From positions 11,013 through 75,012 of the forward strand of contig MHCJ01000003.1 of assembly GCA_001816585.1 (NCBI GenBank): a DNA stretch of 64,000 nt. The letters are read 5' to 3'. The position numbers were made by a program, and so were the translations under genes. This document shows, one piece after another, positions 8,898 to 18,451 of the stretch; the stretch's first letter is position 1, and the number at the start of each line of letters is the position of its first letter. This stretch comes from Candidatus Chisholmbacteria bacterium RIFCSPHIGHO2_01_FULL_52_32. Lineage in GTDB: Bacteria > Patescibacteriota > Microgenomatia > UBA1400 > Chisholmbacteraceae. The notes under the pieces are model-generated. The model had not been told where the DNA came from and made no database searches. It worked only from the letters and a program-made list of their open reading frames with translations.

Positions 8898-11513
8898 ATG
8901 GAGATATACGATCATCGAAAGATAGAACGTCGCTGGCAGAAGATGTGGAAAGAAGCGAGGATCTATCAGCCTGATCTTCGCAAGGCAAAGAAACCGTTCT
9001 ACAACCTGATGATGTTTCCGTATCTCTCGGCAGAAGGACTGCATGTCGGGAATATGTATGCCTTTACGGGGGCGGATATCTATGGGCGATTTAAGCGGAT
9101 GCAAGGCTATGATGTGTTCGAACCCATCGGGTTGGACGGGTTTGGGATCCACTCGGAAAATTATGCAATGAAGATCGGGAAGCATCCGGCGGAGCAGGCG
9201 AAGCTGTCTCAGAAGCGGTTCTACGCGCAACTCCATGACATCGGTAACAGTTTTTCTTGGGAGAATACCCTTGAGACTTTTGATCCTGTCTATTATCGGT
9301 GGACACAGTGGCTGTTTGTGCAGATGTTTAAACACGGACTCGCGGTGCGTAAAAAGGCGATGGTGAATTGGTGCCCTTCATGCAAGACCGTTTTGGCGGA
9401 TGAGCAGGTGGAGGGAGGGGTGTGTGAGCGGTGCGGGACACCCGTTGAGCGCCGAGAGATGGCGCAGTGGTTTTTCCGGATTACCGACTTTGCAGAGCGG
9501 TTACTTGGGAACCTTGAAACGCTCAATTGGCCGGAGAAGATCAAAATCGCACAGAGGAACTGGATTGGCAGGAGGGATGGCGCAGAGGTTGGATGGGTGG
9601 TCGATGGCACCAGAGAGGTTCTTTGGACCTTCACAACGCGTCTGGACACGATTTTTGGGGCGACGTTCCTTGTTATAGCTCCTGAGCATCCCACAGTAGC
9701 GGATCTGATGAGTTCAAAGTTTAAAGTGAAAAGTGAAAAGTTAGAAAATGTAAGAGTCTACGTCGAGGCGGCGCTCAAGAAAACGGAGCAGAAGCGGAAG
9801 ACGACAGAAAAAGAGAAGACGGGCGTTGATACCGGTTTGAGGGTGATCCATCCTCTGACCGGCGGGAAAATTCCAGTCTGGATTGCCGATTTTGTGTTGA
9901 TGGATGTGGGAACCGGTGTCGTCATGGGTGTGCCTGGACACGATCAGCGCGACGGGGACTTTGCCCGGAAGCACAATCTCCCGATTATCAAGGTCATCGA
10001 TGTTGGTGGGCGGGAGGTGCAGCAGGCAGCGGTTACGGAATTTGGCAGTTTGGTGACTTCCGGGGAATTTGACGGGCTTTCTTCTTTGGAGGCGATGGAG
10101 AGGATTCTTGAGCGTTTAGCGTCGCAAGGAACGGGAAAAAAGAAAGTTGCGTACCACCTCCGTGACTGGCTGATCTCAAGGCAGCGCTATTGGGGCCCGC
10201 CGATCCCGATGATTTTTTGTGAGCAATGTGCCAAGGAGGGAAGGGCCTTTAAAGGAGACTCCCTGAAAGGTACCCTGAAAGGTATGGCGGGGTGGTGGCC
10301 GGTTCCTGAAGGGGATTTACCGGTTGAACTTCCTTTTGTTTCAGACTACAAGCCGATTGGGGACGGAAGATCTCCTCTTGAGAGGGCGTCGGAATCCTGG
10401 CTCTACACCAAGTGCCCCAGGTGCGGGGGAAGGGCCAAAAGAGAGACGGATGTGTCGGATACCTTCCTGGACAGCTCGTGGTATTTTCTTGCCTACCCAA
10501 ATCTTGGAACGGAGGAGTGGACCCGAAAAAAAATTGCTAAATTGATCAATGGTCAAATTGCTCGTAACAATACAACAATGCAACCATTTAACAATACGGT
10601 AACCCGCCGGTGGTTGCCTGTCGATGCGTATATCGGTGGCGCGGAGCATGCGGTGTTACACCTTTTGTACAGCAGGTTCGTGACGATGGCGCTTCATGAC
10701 TGGGGTTACCTTTCCTTTGAAGAGCCTTTCCCGTTTTTGTTCAGCCACGGTTTGATCATCAAGGAAGGGGCGAAGATGAGCAAGAGCCGGGGGAATATCG
10801 TCACGCCCGATGATTATATTCGAAAGTTCGGTTCTGATACATTAAGATCTTATTTGATGTTTATAGGACCATATGATCAAGGAGGAGATTTTCGCGATAC
10901 GGGGACTCTAGGGATGTACCGCTTCCTGATGCGAGTCTGGCGACTCTATCAGGAAAGTTCGAAGTTGGGGGAGAAGACGGATCCGAACCTGGTCGGGCCG
11001 CTGCACCGTATGACCAAGCAGGTGACAGAGGATCTTGAAAAGTTCCGCTTCAATACGGCTCTGGCAAAATTGATGGAGTTTATCAATGCATGGGAGGACG
11101 GGAAAATGCTTTCTTGGGATGACGCAGGGATTTTCTTGAGACTATTGGCTCCGTTTGCGCCGCATATGAGCGAGGAATTGTGGCACAATTTGCCGAAAAA
11201 ACATACCTGCCTCGATTTGAATTGTATTCTTAAAGGGTTGCGGGGAAAGCCATTTTCTCTCTCGAGCATCCATGTGGCTCCTTGGCCGGCGTATGATGTA
11301 ACGCTGGCGGCATTTGGCGATCTCGAAATCGTGGTTGAGGTCAACGGAAGGGTGCGGGGGAAGATTTTGGTTGCGGCCGAGAAGGCGAACGATCGTTCGG
11401 AGACTATTCGTCTGGCTCAAAAGATACCAGGAGTGGCAGCTCATCTCTCGGGAAAACAGATAACAAAGACGATTTGGGTGGAGGGAAAACTGGTGAATTT
11501 CGTTGTCTCGTAG
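8898..11513 (+). CDS. leuS: Leucine--tRNA ligase
   Basis: MFPYLSAEGLHVGN (HIGH-like), DWLISRQRYWG, YIGGAEHAVLHLLYSRF, KMSKS. Confidence 0.97.
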   Translation: MEIYDHRKIERRWQKMWKEARIYQPDLRKAKKPFYNLMMFPYLSAEGLHVGNMYAFTGADIYGRFKRMQGYDVFEPIGLDGFGIHSENYAMKIGKHPAEQAKLSQKRFYAQLHDIGNSFSWENTLETFDPVYYRWTQWLFVQMFKHGLAVRKKAMVNWCPSCKTVLADEQVEGGVCERCGTPVERREMAQWFFRITDFAERLLGNLETLNWPEKIKIAQRNWIGRRDGAEVGWVVDGTREVLWTFTTRLDTIFGATFLVIAPEHPTVADLMSSKFKVKSEKLENVRVYVEAALKKTEQKRKTTEKEKTGVDTGLRVIHPLTGGKIPVWIADFVLMDVGTGVVMGVPGHDQRDGDFARKHNLPIIKVIDVGGREVQQAAVTEFGSLVTSGEFDGLSSLEAMERILERLASQGTGKKKVAYHLRDWLISRQRYWGPPIPMIFCEQCAKEGRAFKGDSLKGTLKGMAGWWPVPEGDLPVELPFVSDYKPIGDGRSPLERASESWLYTKCPRCGGRAKRETDVSDTFLDSSWYFLAYPNLGTEEWTRKKIAKLINGQIARNNTTMQPFNNTVTRRWLPVDAYIGGAEHAVLHLLYSRFVTMALHDWGYLSFEEPFPFLFSHGLIIKEGAKMSKSRGNIVTPDDYIRKFGSDTLRSYLMFIGPYDQGGDFRDTGTLGMYRFLMRVWRLYQESSKLGEKTDPNLVGPLHRMTKQVTEDLEKFRFNTALAKLMEFINAWEDGKMLSWDDAGIFLRLLAPFAPHMSEELWHNLPKKHTCLDLNCILKGLRGKPFSLSSIHVAPWPAYDVTLAAFGDLEIVVEVNGRVRGKILVAAEKANDRSETIRLAQKIPGVAAHLSGKQITKTIWVEGKLVNFVVS

Positions 11514-11551
11514 GCGACCTTATCCGATTTGTTTGATCTTTGCTTGCCTCT

Positions 11552-12181
11552 ATGGACGCAACGTTTGACTTCCGACAGGCTTTCGAGGAGCATAAGGCGC
11601 GGTTTCTGCTGGTTTTCCTTGGCTTGTTCCTCATTGGTGTGGGAGCCCTCTCGCTGGTTGTTTTAACTTTTCAACGATCAGAACCTCAGATTGAGGTGAT
11701 TTCTTCTTCCCGGCCTTCGCCTGCGGAAGGAGGAGAAATTGTTGTCGATGTGGCTGGTGCGGTTGAGAAACCGGGGGTTTACCGGCTGGCTTCCGGGGCT
11801 CGTGTGAACGATGCGTTGCTGGTTGCCGGGGGTATATCCGCCGAGGCAGATCGGGAGTGGTTGACTAAATATATCAATCTTGCTCAAATACTTTCAGACG
11901 GTATTAAAGTGTATATTCCAAGGGTCGGAGAAATTTCCGAGGGAACGGCGCCTGTTTTGGGTAAAACCGATAGTGAAGTCATTGGACTTACGCAGGAGCA
12001 TAAAATCAATCTCAACACGGCTTCGGTTTCAGAACTCGATTCTCTTTGGGGGATCGGAGAGACGCGGGCTCAGACAATTATTGGCAATCGACCGTATTCC
12101 TCCGTTGAGGAGTTGTTGGAGAAACGGATTGTTCCCAGCAATGTCTTTGAGCGGATTAAAGATGAGGTCAGCGTTCAGTAG
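11552..12181 (+). CDS. comEA: Competence DNA-binding protein ComEA
   Basis: TM anchor, SLBB domain (VDVAGAVEKPGVY), helix-hairpin-helix (INLNTAS..LWGIG). Confidence 0.92.
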   Translation: MDATFDFRQAFEEHKARFLLVFLGLFLIGVGALSLVVLTFQRSEPQIEVISSSRPSPAEGGEIVVDVAGAVEKPGVYRLASGARVNDALLVAGGISAEADREWLTKYINLAQILSDGIKVYIPRVGEISEGTAPVLGKTDSEVIGLTQEHKINLNTASVSELDSLWGIGETRAQTIIGNRPYSSVEELLEKRIVPSNVFERIKDEVSVQ

Positions 12182-12287
12182 GAGTTTTTGGGAAGTTTGT
12201 CGAATATTACATAGCATTTCATACAAAAGCCCAAGAATTTTATTGTTTGCACGGTAAAGCTTTTTCTGTTCTTGTTGCATTATTTTG

Positions 12288-13571
12288 ATGTACTTTAATC
12301 GTTTATTATTGCTATTGATACCTCTTGTACTGGTTTGGGTTTTCCGCGTGTTTTTGATGACTCGGAACGCAGAGCGCTATCCCGATCGATCACCGGTCCG
12401 CGTTCGCGGGAGGGTGTCTTCCCAACCATATCAATATAAATCAAAGCAGATCATGGAGGTGGGGATGATTTTGGTCTATACTACGCCTTTTCCCCAGTAC
12501 TCCTATGGTGATTTCGTGGACTTGTCTGGCAGCCTCAGAAGGGAAGTGACAGGCTTCGGTAAACCAAAAATGAGTCTGATGTATCCAACAATTCGCGTTG
12601 TTGATAAAGAAGAGTTCGGGGGTGGTTTTGGTCTTATCTCCCTGCAGGCTTGGCTGAGCCGCTTGCGGAGTCGGATCCACCAGAATTTCTCAAGTTTTTT
12701 ACCGGAGCCCCAAGCCTCGCTCCTATCCGGAGTCGTGTTGGGCGCTAAAGGACGGATTCCGGATGATTTTCTGACTGCCCTTCGACGGACAGGGACGATC
12801 CATGTGGTGGTGGCCTCGGGGTATAACGTAACCATGGTTGCCGGACTTCTGTCTGCTCTTTTTTTACGGTTTCTTTCGCGTCGTTTGGCGATTCCCTGCG
12901 TGATTGTGGGGATCGCCCTCTACGCGATGCTGGCAGGCGCTGATTCACCCATTATCCGGGCCTCCATCATGGGAAGCTTGGCTTTTATCGCCCAGTATTT
13001 CGGGCGACAGTACTTGGCGGTCTGGGGGCTTGTTGCCGCATCCCTGTTGATGCTTGTGGTTTCCCCTTTCGCGTTGTTTGACGTCGGATTTGAACTTTCG
13101 GTTGCGGCGACGGCCGGAATTTTATTGGTTTCTCCGGCGATCTTGGGTTTACTAGGACGGGTCCGGTGGTTCGGTTATATTGCCGAGGAATTAGCGGTTA
13201 CCCTCGGAGCGCAACTGGCTGTTTTACCGATTCTCCTTATCTACTTCCGTCAAGCGAGTTGGCTTTCGTGGTTGGTCAACCTTTTGACGGTTCCGCTTAT
13301 CCCATTTCTCATGGTTCTTGGAGGTGTGGTGGCTGTCACAAGCTTGGTATGGCAGGAACTTGCCTTTGTGGGCGCTCTTTTATCCTGGGTGCCGTTGACC
13401 GTTTTTGTCAGTGTGGTTTCTTGGTTTGACCGGCTGCCTTTCGGGGTGTTTCAGATTTCTGCCCTCTCGTGGTGGTGGGCCATAGGTTACTATTTGGTGC
13501 TTGGCTATTTGGTTTGGCGTCAGTCTCAAAAAGGGAGGTTGACACGGGAAGACAGGCGTTTCGTCTCTTGA
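12288..13571 (+). CDS. comEC: ComEC/Rec2 competence membrane domain
   Basis: GTIHVVVASGYN, IIRASIMG, DVGFELSVAATAG. Confidence 0.92.
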   Translation: MYFNRLLLLLIPLVLVWVFRVFLMTRNAERYPDRSPVRVRGRVSSQPYQYKSKQIMEVGMILVYTTPFPQYSYGDFVDLSGSLRREVTGFGKPKMSLMYPTIRVVDKEEFGGGFGLISLQAWLSRLRSRIHQNFSSFLPEPQASLLSGVVLGAKGRIPDDFLTALRRTGTIHVVVASGYNVTMVAGLLSALFLRFLSRRLAIPCVIVGIALYAMLAGADSPIIRASIMGSLAFIAQYFGRQYLAVWGLVAASLLMLVVSPFALFDVGFELSVAATAGILLVSPAILGLLGRVRWFGYIAEELAVTLGAQLAVLPILLIYFRQASWLSWLVNLLTVPLIPFLMVLGGVVAVTSLVWQELAFVGALLSWVPLTVFVSVVSWFDRLPFGVFQISALSWWWAIGYYLVLGYLVWRQSQKGRLTREDRRFVS

Positions 13572-14440
13572 GTTTGGGGTTTCTGATCGGTGTCGGACTC
13601 GTCCTTGGCGTTGGCGCTTCTCTTCCTGACGGGCGGCTGCATATGGTGGTTTGCGATGTCGGTCAGGGCGACGCTATTCTTCTGACTTTCCGATCGAGAC
13701 AGATTCTCGTGGATGGGGGGCCGGATGACCGGGTGGTTGATTGTCTGTCACGGCATATGCCGTTTTGGGACCGGGCGCTTGAAGTAATCGTCCTGACGCA
13801 CCCCCAGGCGGATCATATGAATGGCCTGGTGGATGTGTTGAGGCGATACGATGTTTCGGAAGTGTTCTTGACCGGTGCAACCAATACAACGGATGGTTTT
13901 ATGGCTTTCAAAGCGGCAGTTTTGCAGGAGGGGGCAAGCTTGCACTTTGCCCGAAGGGGAGATGAAATCCGGCTTGAACCCCTGGCCCTGACAGTGGTAT
14001 GGCCGAAAGCGGCGATCGGAACTCTTGCTTCTTTTAGGAAGGAAGCAATTGACGCAGCGGTCCTCGGTGAAACAACCGCAACGGACGTGAATGAGACATC
14101 GGTCGTTCTTCTGGCACAGTTTGGGACGTTTCGGGCTCTGATGACTGGTGATATCGGGATTGATACCGAGCAAGCACTACTCCGTTCGGGAGCGCTAAAT
14201 CGCGTGGACGTCCTAAAAGTTGCGCACCACGGGTCTAAATACGCTACTTCTTCGGATTTTCTTAGTGTCATTCGACCTCAATTGGCTTTGATTTCGGCCG
14301 GAAAGAAGAACCGTTACGGACATCCGACTAGTGATACTTTGATGCGGTTAGATAGTGTTGGGGCAGAAATTCTACGGACCGATGAGCGAGGAGATATTGA
14401 AATCATGTCGAATGGAGAGGATTATTGGGTTTTGGAGTGA
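13544..14440 (+). CDS. ComEC-type metallo-beta-lactamase domain protein (separate gene)
   Basis: DVGQGDA, THPQADH, LKVAHHGS, NRYGHP; start uncertain (ACG 13544 after GGAGG, or TTG 13568). Confidence 0.9.
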   Translation, partial: TGRQAFRLLSLGFLIGVGLVLGVGASLPDGRLHMVVCDVGQGDAILLTFRSRQILVDGGPDDRVVDCLSRHMPFWDRALEVIVLTHPQADHMNGLVDVLRRYDVSEVFLTGATNTTDGFMAFKAAVLQEGASLHFARRGDEIRLEPLALTVVWPKAAIGTLASFRKEAIDAAVLGETTATDVNETSVVLLAQFGTFRALMTGDIGIDTEQALLRSGALNRVDVLKVAHHGSKYATSSDFLSVIRPQLALISAGKKNRYGHPTSDTLMRLDSVGAEILRTDERGDIEIMSNGEDYWVLE

Positions 14441-14507
14441 CCCGCCTATGTTCCAGATATTTCGTCTTGATCATTAGTCAAGACTCCATTCTGGGCACGA
14501 TTGCGGG
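14441..14507. repeat. CCCGC...GCGGG three-stem hairpin
   Basis: Stems cccgc/gcggg, ccaga/tctgg, gtcttga/tcaagac. Confidence 0.6.
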
Positions 14508-14509
14508 CT

Positions 14510-14539
14510 AGTGGTGAGCGATACTGGGTAGTAAAGTAG
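14510..14539 (+). pseudogene. Displaced duplicate 3' end of the MBL gene (SGERYWVVK*)
   Basis: Resembles the current C-terminus NGEDYWVLE*. Confidence 0.55.
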
Positions 14540-14610
14540 CGTAAATATTTGCGACTGTATTTGAAGATTCATAGGCGGTTCCCGTTCTCTTAACCTGATA
14601 TACTGGGCAT

Positions 14611-16524
14611 ATGCTTGCAGAGGAGATCAAGGTTCAGGTTCAAAAGGCGCTCAAAGAGTTGGATTTTCCGGAGGTGCCGATTGTTATTGAGCATCCTAGT
14701 TCGGCAGAGCATGGGGACTATAGCTCGAATGTTGCGTTGCAACTTTTCGCTAAATCCGAAGCACGAAGCACGAAGCACGAAAAAACATCACAGCTCGCTA
14801 AGTATAAAACTCCTAGGGAAATCGCAAAGGCGATTGCTGACTATTTCGGATTTCGGATTTCGGATTTCGGATTTCTTCATAAAGTGGAGTTAGCGGGGCC
14901 GGGGTTTATCAATTTTTGGCTTTCCGAGCAGTTTTTGTCAGACACGCTTAAGCAGGCAATACATCTGGGAGACAGGTATGGGCAGAACGAAGCACTCAAA
15001 GGGAAAAAGATCATGGTGGAGTTTACCGATCCCAACCCGTTTAAAGAGTTTCACATTGGGCACCTGTACAGCAATGCGGTGGGGGAATCTTTGTCGCGAC
15101 TCTTGGATGCAAGTGGCGCCCAAGTAAAACGTGCGAACTACCAAGGAGATGTGGGGTTGCATGTCGCCAAGGCCCTTTATGGGCTCTTGGCGAAGTTAAA
15201 AGTTAAAAGTGAAAAGTTAAAAGTTAATGAGGAGAAGCTTAAGGAGCTTGAGAAGAAACAACTCGCAGAGCGGATCCGAATATTGGGTGAGGCGTATGCG
15301 GTGGGAGCTAAAGCCTATGAAGCGGATGAGAAAGCAAAAGCCCAGATCGAGGAGCTCAACCGAAAGATTTACGCACAGGAGCCGGATGTGATGGAGATAT
15401 ATGGGAAGGGCCGGGCCTGGAGTTTGGAGTACTTTGAGACGATTTACCGGCGGCTCGGAACCAAGTTTGATTTCTACTACTTCGAGTCGGAGGCGGGAAA
15501 AATCGGGCTTGAAGTGGTGAAGGGGGGCTTACGGAAAGGTGTTTTCGAAGAAAGCCAAGGGGCAATCGTTTTCTCCGGAGAAAAACACGGATTACATACG
15601 CGGGTCTTTGTCAACTCACAGGGTTTGCCAACCTATGAGGCAAAAGACTTGGGATTGGCGCCGACGAAATACAAGGATTTTCCCTATGACAAGTCCATCA
15701 TCATTACGGGTAATGAAGTTGATGCGTATTTCAGGGTGGTTTTGAAAGCACTGGCGCTTCTTTCCCCCGAGCTTGGGGAAAAGACGCAACATCTTTCCCA
15801 TGGGATGGTGCGGTTGCCAACAGGAAAGATGTCGAGCCGGACAGGTGAAGTGCTCACCGGCGAATGGCTCATCGATGAGGCGAAAAAGAGGATCTTGAGG
15901 ATAATGGAGCAGGGACCCTCCTTCGCAACTGCGACTTCGCGCAGACTGCCTGTTCGGCCGTTTCGCGAATCGGTTGCTTTGGAGGGTGATAAGCGCGATG
16001 GGGAAATTGTATCGCGCTTGTCAAAAGATGAGGTGGCGGAGATGGTTGGCATCGGGGCGGTCAAATATGCATTGCTTCGAGGGAGTATCGGACGGGATAT
16101 CATTTTTGACATTGATGAATCGGTGAACTTGGAAGGGAACAGCGGGCCGTACCTCCAATACACTTTTGCAAGATGCAAAAGTGTATTGGCAAAATCCGAA
16201 GCACGAAGCACGAAGCACGAAGCAGTTTCGAATTTCGATATTCGAGCTTCGAATTTGAATGCTGAGGATCTCAGCATTCTGCGTTGGTTGTATCGGTATC
16301 CGGAGGTGGTGGAGCAGGCAGTGAAGGGGTATGCACCATACTTGGTGTGTGCTTACCTCTATGGATTGGCGCAGCGATACAATGCCTTTTACAACAAACA
16401 CAGGATTGTTCAGACTAAGAAGGAAGAGGAGAGAAGGTTTCGTCTGATGATGACCAGTGCAATCGCCCAAATTCTTGAGAACGGACTTAAGCTCCTTGGT
16501 ATTGCAGCTCCGGAAACCATGTGA
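14611..16524 (+). CDS. argS: Arginine--tRNA ligase
   Basis: HGDYSSNVA, AGPGFINF, PNPFKEFHIGH, KMSSRTG, GNSGPYLQY; several repeat-derived in-frame inserts. Confidence 0.97.
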   Translation: MLAEEIKVQVQKALKELDFPEVPIVIEHPSSAEHGDYSSNVALQLFAKSEARSTKHEKTSQLAKYKTPREIAKAIADYFGFRISDFGFLHKVELAGPGFINFWLSEQFLSDTLKQAIHLGDRYGQNEALKGKKIMVEFTDPNPFKEFHIGHLYSNAVGESLSRLLDASGAQVKRANYQGDVGLHVAKALYGLLAKLKVKSEKLKVNEEKLKELEKKQLAERIRILGEAYAVGAKAYEADEKAKAQIEELNRKIYAQEPDVMEIYGKGRAWSLEYFETIYRRLGTKFDFYYFESEAGKIGLEVVKGGLRKGVFEESQGAIVFSGEKHGLHTRVFVNSQGLPTYEAKDLGLAPTKYKDFPYDKSIIITGNEVDAYFRVVLKALALLSPELGEKTQHLSHGMVRLPTGKMSSRTGEVLTGEWLIDEAKKRILRIMEQGPSFATATSRRLPVRPFRESVALEGDKRDGEIVSRLSKDEVAEMVGIGAVKYALLRGSIGRDIIFDIDESVNLEGNSGPYLQYTFARCKSVLAKSEARSTKHEAVSNFDIRASNLNAEDLSILRWLYRYPEVVEQAVKGYAPYLVCAYLYGLAQRYNAFYNKHRIVQTKKEEERRFRLMMTSAIAQILENGLKLLGIAAPETM

Positions 16525-16695
16525 GGTTCTTTCTCTCTTTCCAGAATGCCCGTTGTCGGTATAATACGAATCATTCTATGCCAGAGTATCTTCGTGCTGG
16601 ATATGATCTGCAGAGGGGACTGACTCAAGAGCAGGTTGACTAACGGTCTCATTTCCCCTATAATAATTGGTTATAATACTTGATAGTCAGATACT

Positions 16696-17376
16696 ATGAC
16701 TGGTGAACGGCTGATTCCTGGGCTTAACGGCCAAGCGCAACTTTTACCGCAAGAAAGCGATACTTTCCTGGTGCCTGAGTTCAATACGATTGCTGAACGG
16801 TTATTGCCTTCGGAGAGTTCTGTTTTTACCTACCTTGCCCAGCGTTTTGAAGAGACCGTTGCATCAGCAGAGCTCTATCAATCGGGAATGGGATACTTTC
16901 TGATAGGAGACTGGCAGAATCATCTTCAGCAGAGTATCTTTCGGATTCGTCGTGTCCTTCCTGAAAAATTTTCCGTCTATGGACTTCATGGATTTGCTCG
17001 TTATTCCCTTGACTGGCGACGGGCGGATGGGAGCCGGTTTGTCCCAAAGGATTGGTCTCTCAGGGCGGAGGAGTTTCCGGAACCGGTACAACCGCTGATG
17101 CGTTTTTGTTACGAGGCTCGAGTCGATGATGATCGGCGACTGGCTCCGCGCTTAACGGGAATTCAACTCGGGATTATGGAAACGCTGGGAAGAGCTTATC
17201 CTAATGCCGTTGGCAACAGTGAACTTTTCCATATGGCATGGAATCATGACCCCGTTATCGTTGAATCTGAGAACGCATTACGAACACAGATTCACTACGT
17301 TCGAGGGAAAATTGGAGACTTTGACCAGGGAAGATTTGAAATCGTTTCAAGGCCAGGACAATATGCACTTGTCTGA
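16696..17376 (+). CDS. Protein with two OmpR-type winged-helix-like domains, no receiver domain
   Basis: Two repeats of a L-T/P..L..V...EL...L...I..[IV]R pattern; promoter TTGACT-N17-TATAAT at 16636-16664. Confidence 0.65.
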   Translation: MTGERLIPGLNGQAQLLPQESDTFLVPEFNTIAERLLPSESSVFTYLAQRFEETVASAELYQSGMGYFLIGDWQNHLQQSIFRIRRVLPEKFSVYGLHGFARYSLDWRRADGSRFVPKDWSLRAEEFPEPVQPLMRFCYEARVDDDRRLAPRLTGIQLGIMETLGRAYPNAVGNSELFHMAWNHDPVIVESENALRTQIHYVRGKIGDFDQGRFEIVSRPGQYALV

Positions 17377-17525
17377 GAGGAATGACCGCTACCTCTGTGG
17401 GGGTGTGTTACCGTCATAGCATGGATGAGCAGGATGGTTTTGTCTTTCTCTATGCAATGGGCCTTTGTTTTTAATACCTTGTTTGACACGGGTGGAAGGT
17501 TCGTTTATTATAAAAATTGAGTCGT

Positions 17526-18395
17526 ATGGGTACTTTATCTTCAAAGGCCGCTGTTTTTCTGTTTTCCCTTTTCGTGATTTTGACCGTTACAATCGCCATG
17601 CGGCGAAGTCAAACAACGGGAGCGAAGGCAGACGGCGTCCAGTACGAGGCGATCGTTGAACCAGACATTGCCTACGGTTCGCAAACAAAACAGCGTCTTG
17701 ATCTGTGTCGGCCCAAGAATGCGATCGGAAAGCATGGGGGTGTGATGATCATTCACGGCGGCGGCGGGGATAAATCACAGCACCGTGACCAGTGTAAGTC
17801 GTTTGCCGAGCGGGGGTTGGTGGCGATTGCCGTGAATTACCGCGAAGACCCTCCACCGACATGGAAGGTGATTTTAGGTGATAATGCCATGGCTATGGAT
17901 TGGTTATTGGCGCGGCCTGATGTCGATACCAATCGGATCGGCGCAATGGGTGCCAGCCTGGGAGGGTATGTGGCATCGTATTTTGGAACCTATGATGATC
18001 CGCGGAAGGTCGATTGTACGGAAAACAACTTCGGGCCGATGGACTTTACCGATACCAACTTTGAGGGCAGTCCGCTCTACGATGAGGCGGTTTCCAAGTT
18101 CTTCGGCGGGGTGACCTATGATGAGAATCCGCAGCTTTATGTCCGCTTATCTCCTATTTCCCATGTCACAGCGGATGATGCTCCCAAGTGGTTGTTCACC
18201 CGCAGCACGAATGATCATTTGGTGCCGCGGAGTCAATTTGAACGGATGATCGCAGCACTGAATGGTGTGGGTATTCAGACAGAATTATATGAGTACAACG
18301 GGAGCGGTGGTGGACATGCCAACAAGCTGCCGCCGCTTGAGGCTCTCAAGCTCTATCGAAAACGTATTAACTTCATGGAAACCTGTCTTCGGTAG
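17526..18395 (+). CDS. Secreted alpha/beta hydrolase (esterase/lipase)
   Basis: Signal anchor, HGGG, GASLG nucleophile, D-x-x-VP and GH catalytic motifs. Confidence 0.88.
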   Translation: MGTLSSKAAVFLFSLFVILTVTIAMRRSQTTGAKADGVQYEAIVEPDIAYGSQTKQRLDLCRPKNAIGKHGGVMIIHGGGGDKSQHRDQCKSFAERGLVAIAVNYREDPPPTWKVILGDNAMAMDWLLARPDVDTNRIGAMGASLGGYVASYFGTYDDPRKVDCTENNFGPMDFTDTNFEGSPLYDEAVSKFFGGVTYDENPQLYVRLSPISHVTADDAPKWLFTRSTNDHLVPRSQFERMIAALNGVGIQTELYEYNGSGGGHANKLPPLEALKLYRKRINFMETCLR

Positions 18396-18451
18396 CGCAA
18401 ACCCCGCGCCTTTCAAGTATCACGGTTTTGCGGCCGTGTTACAATTGCGGC

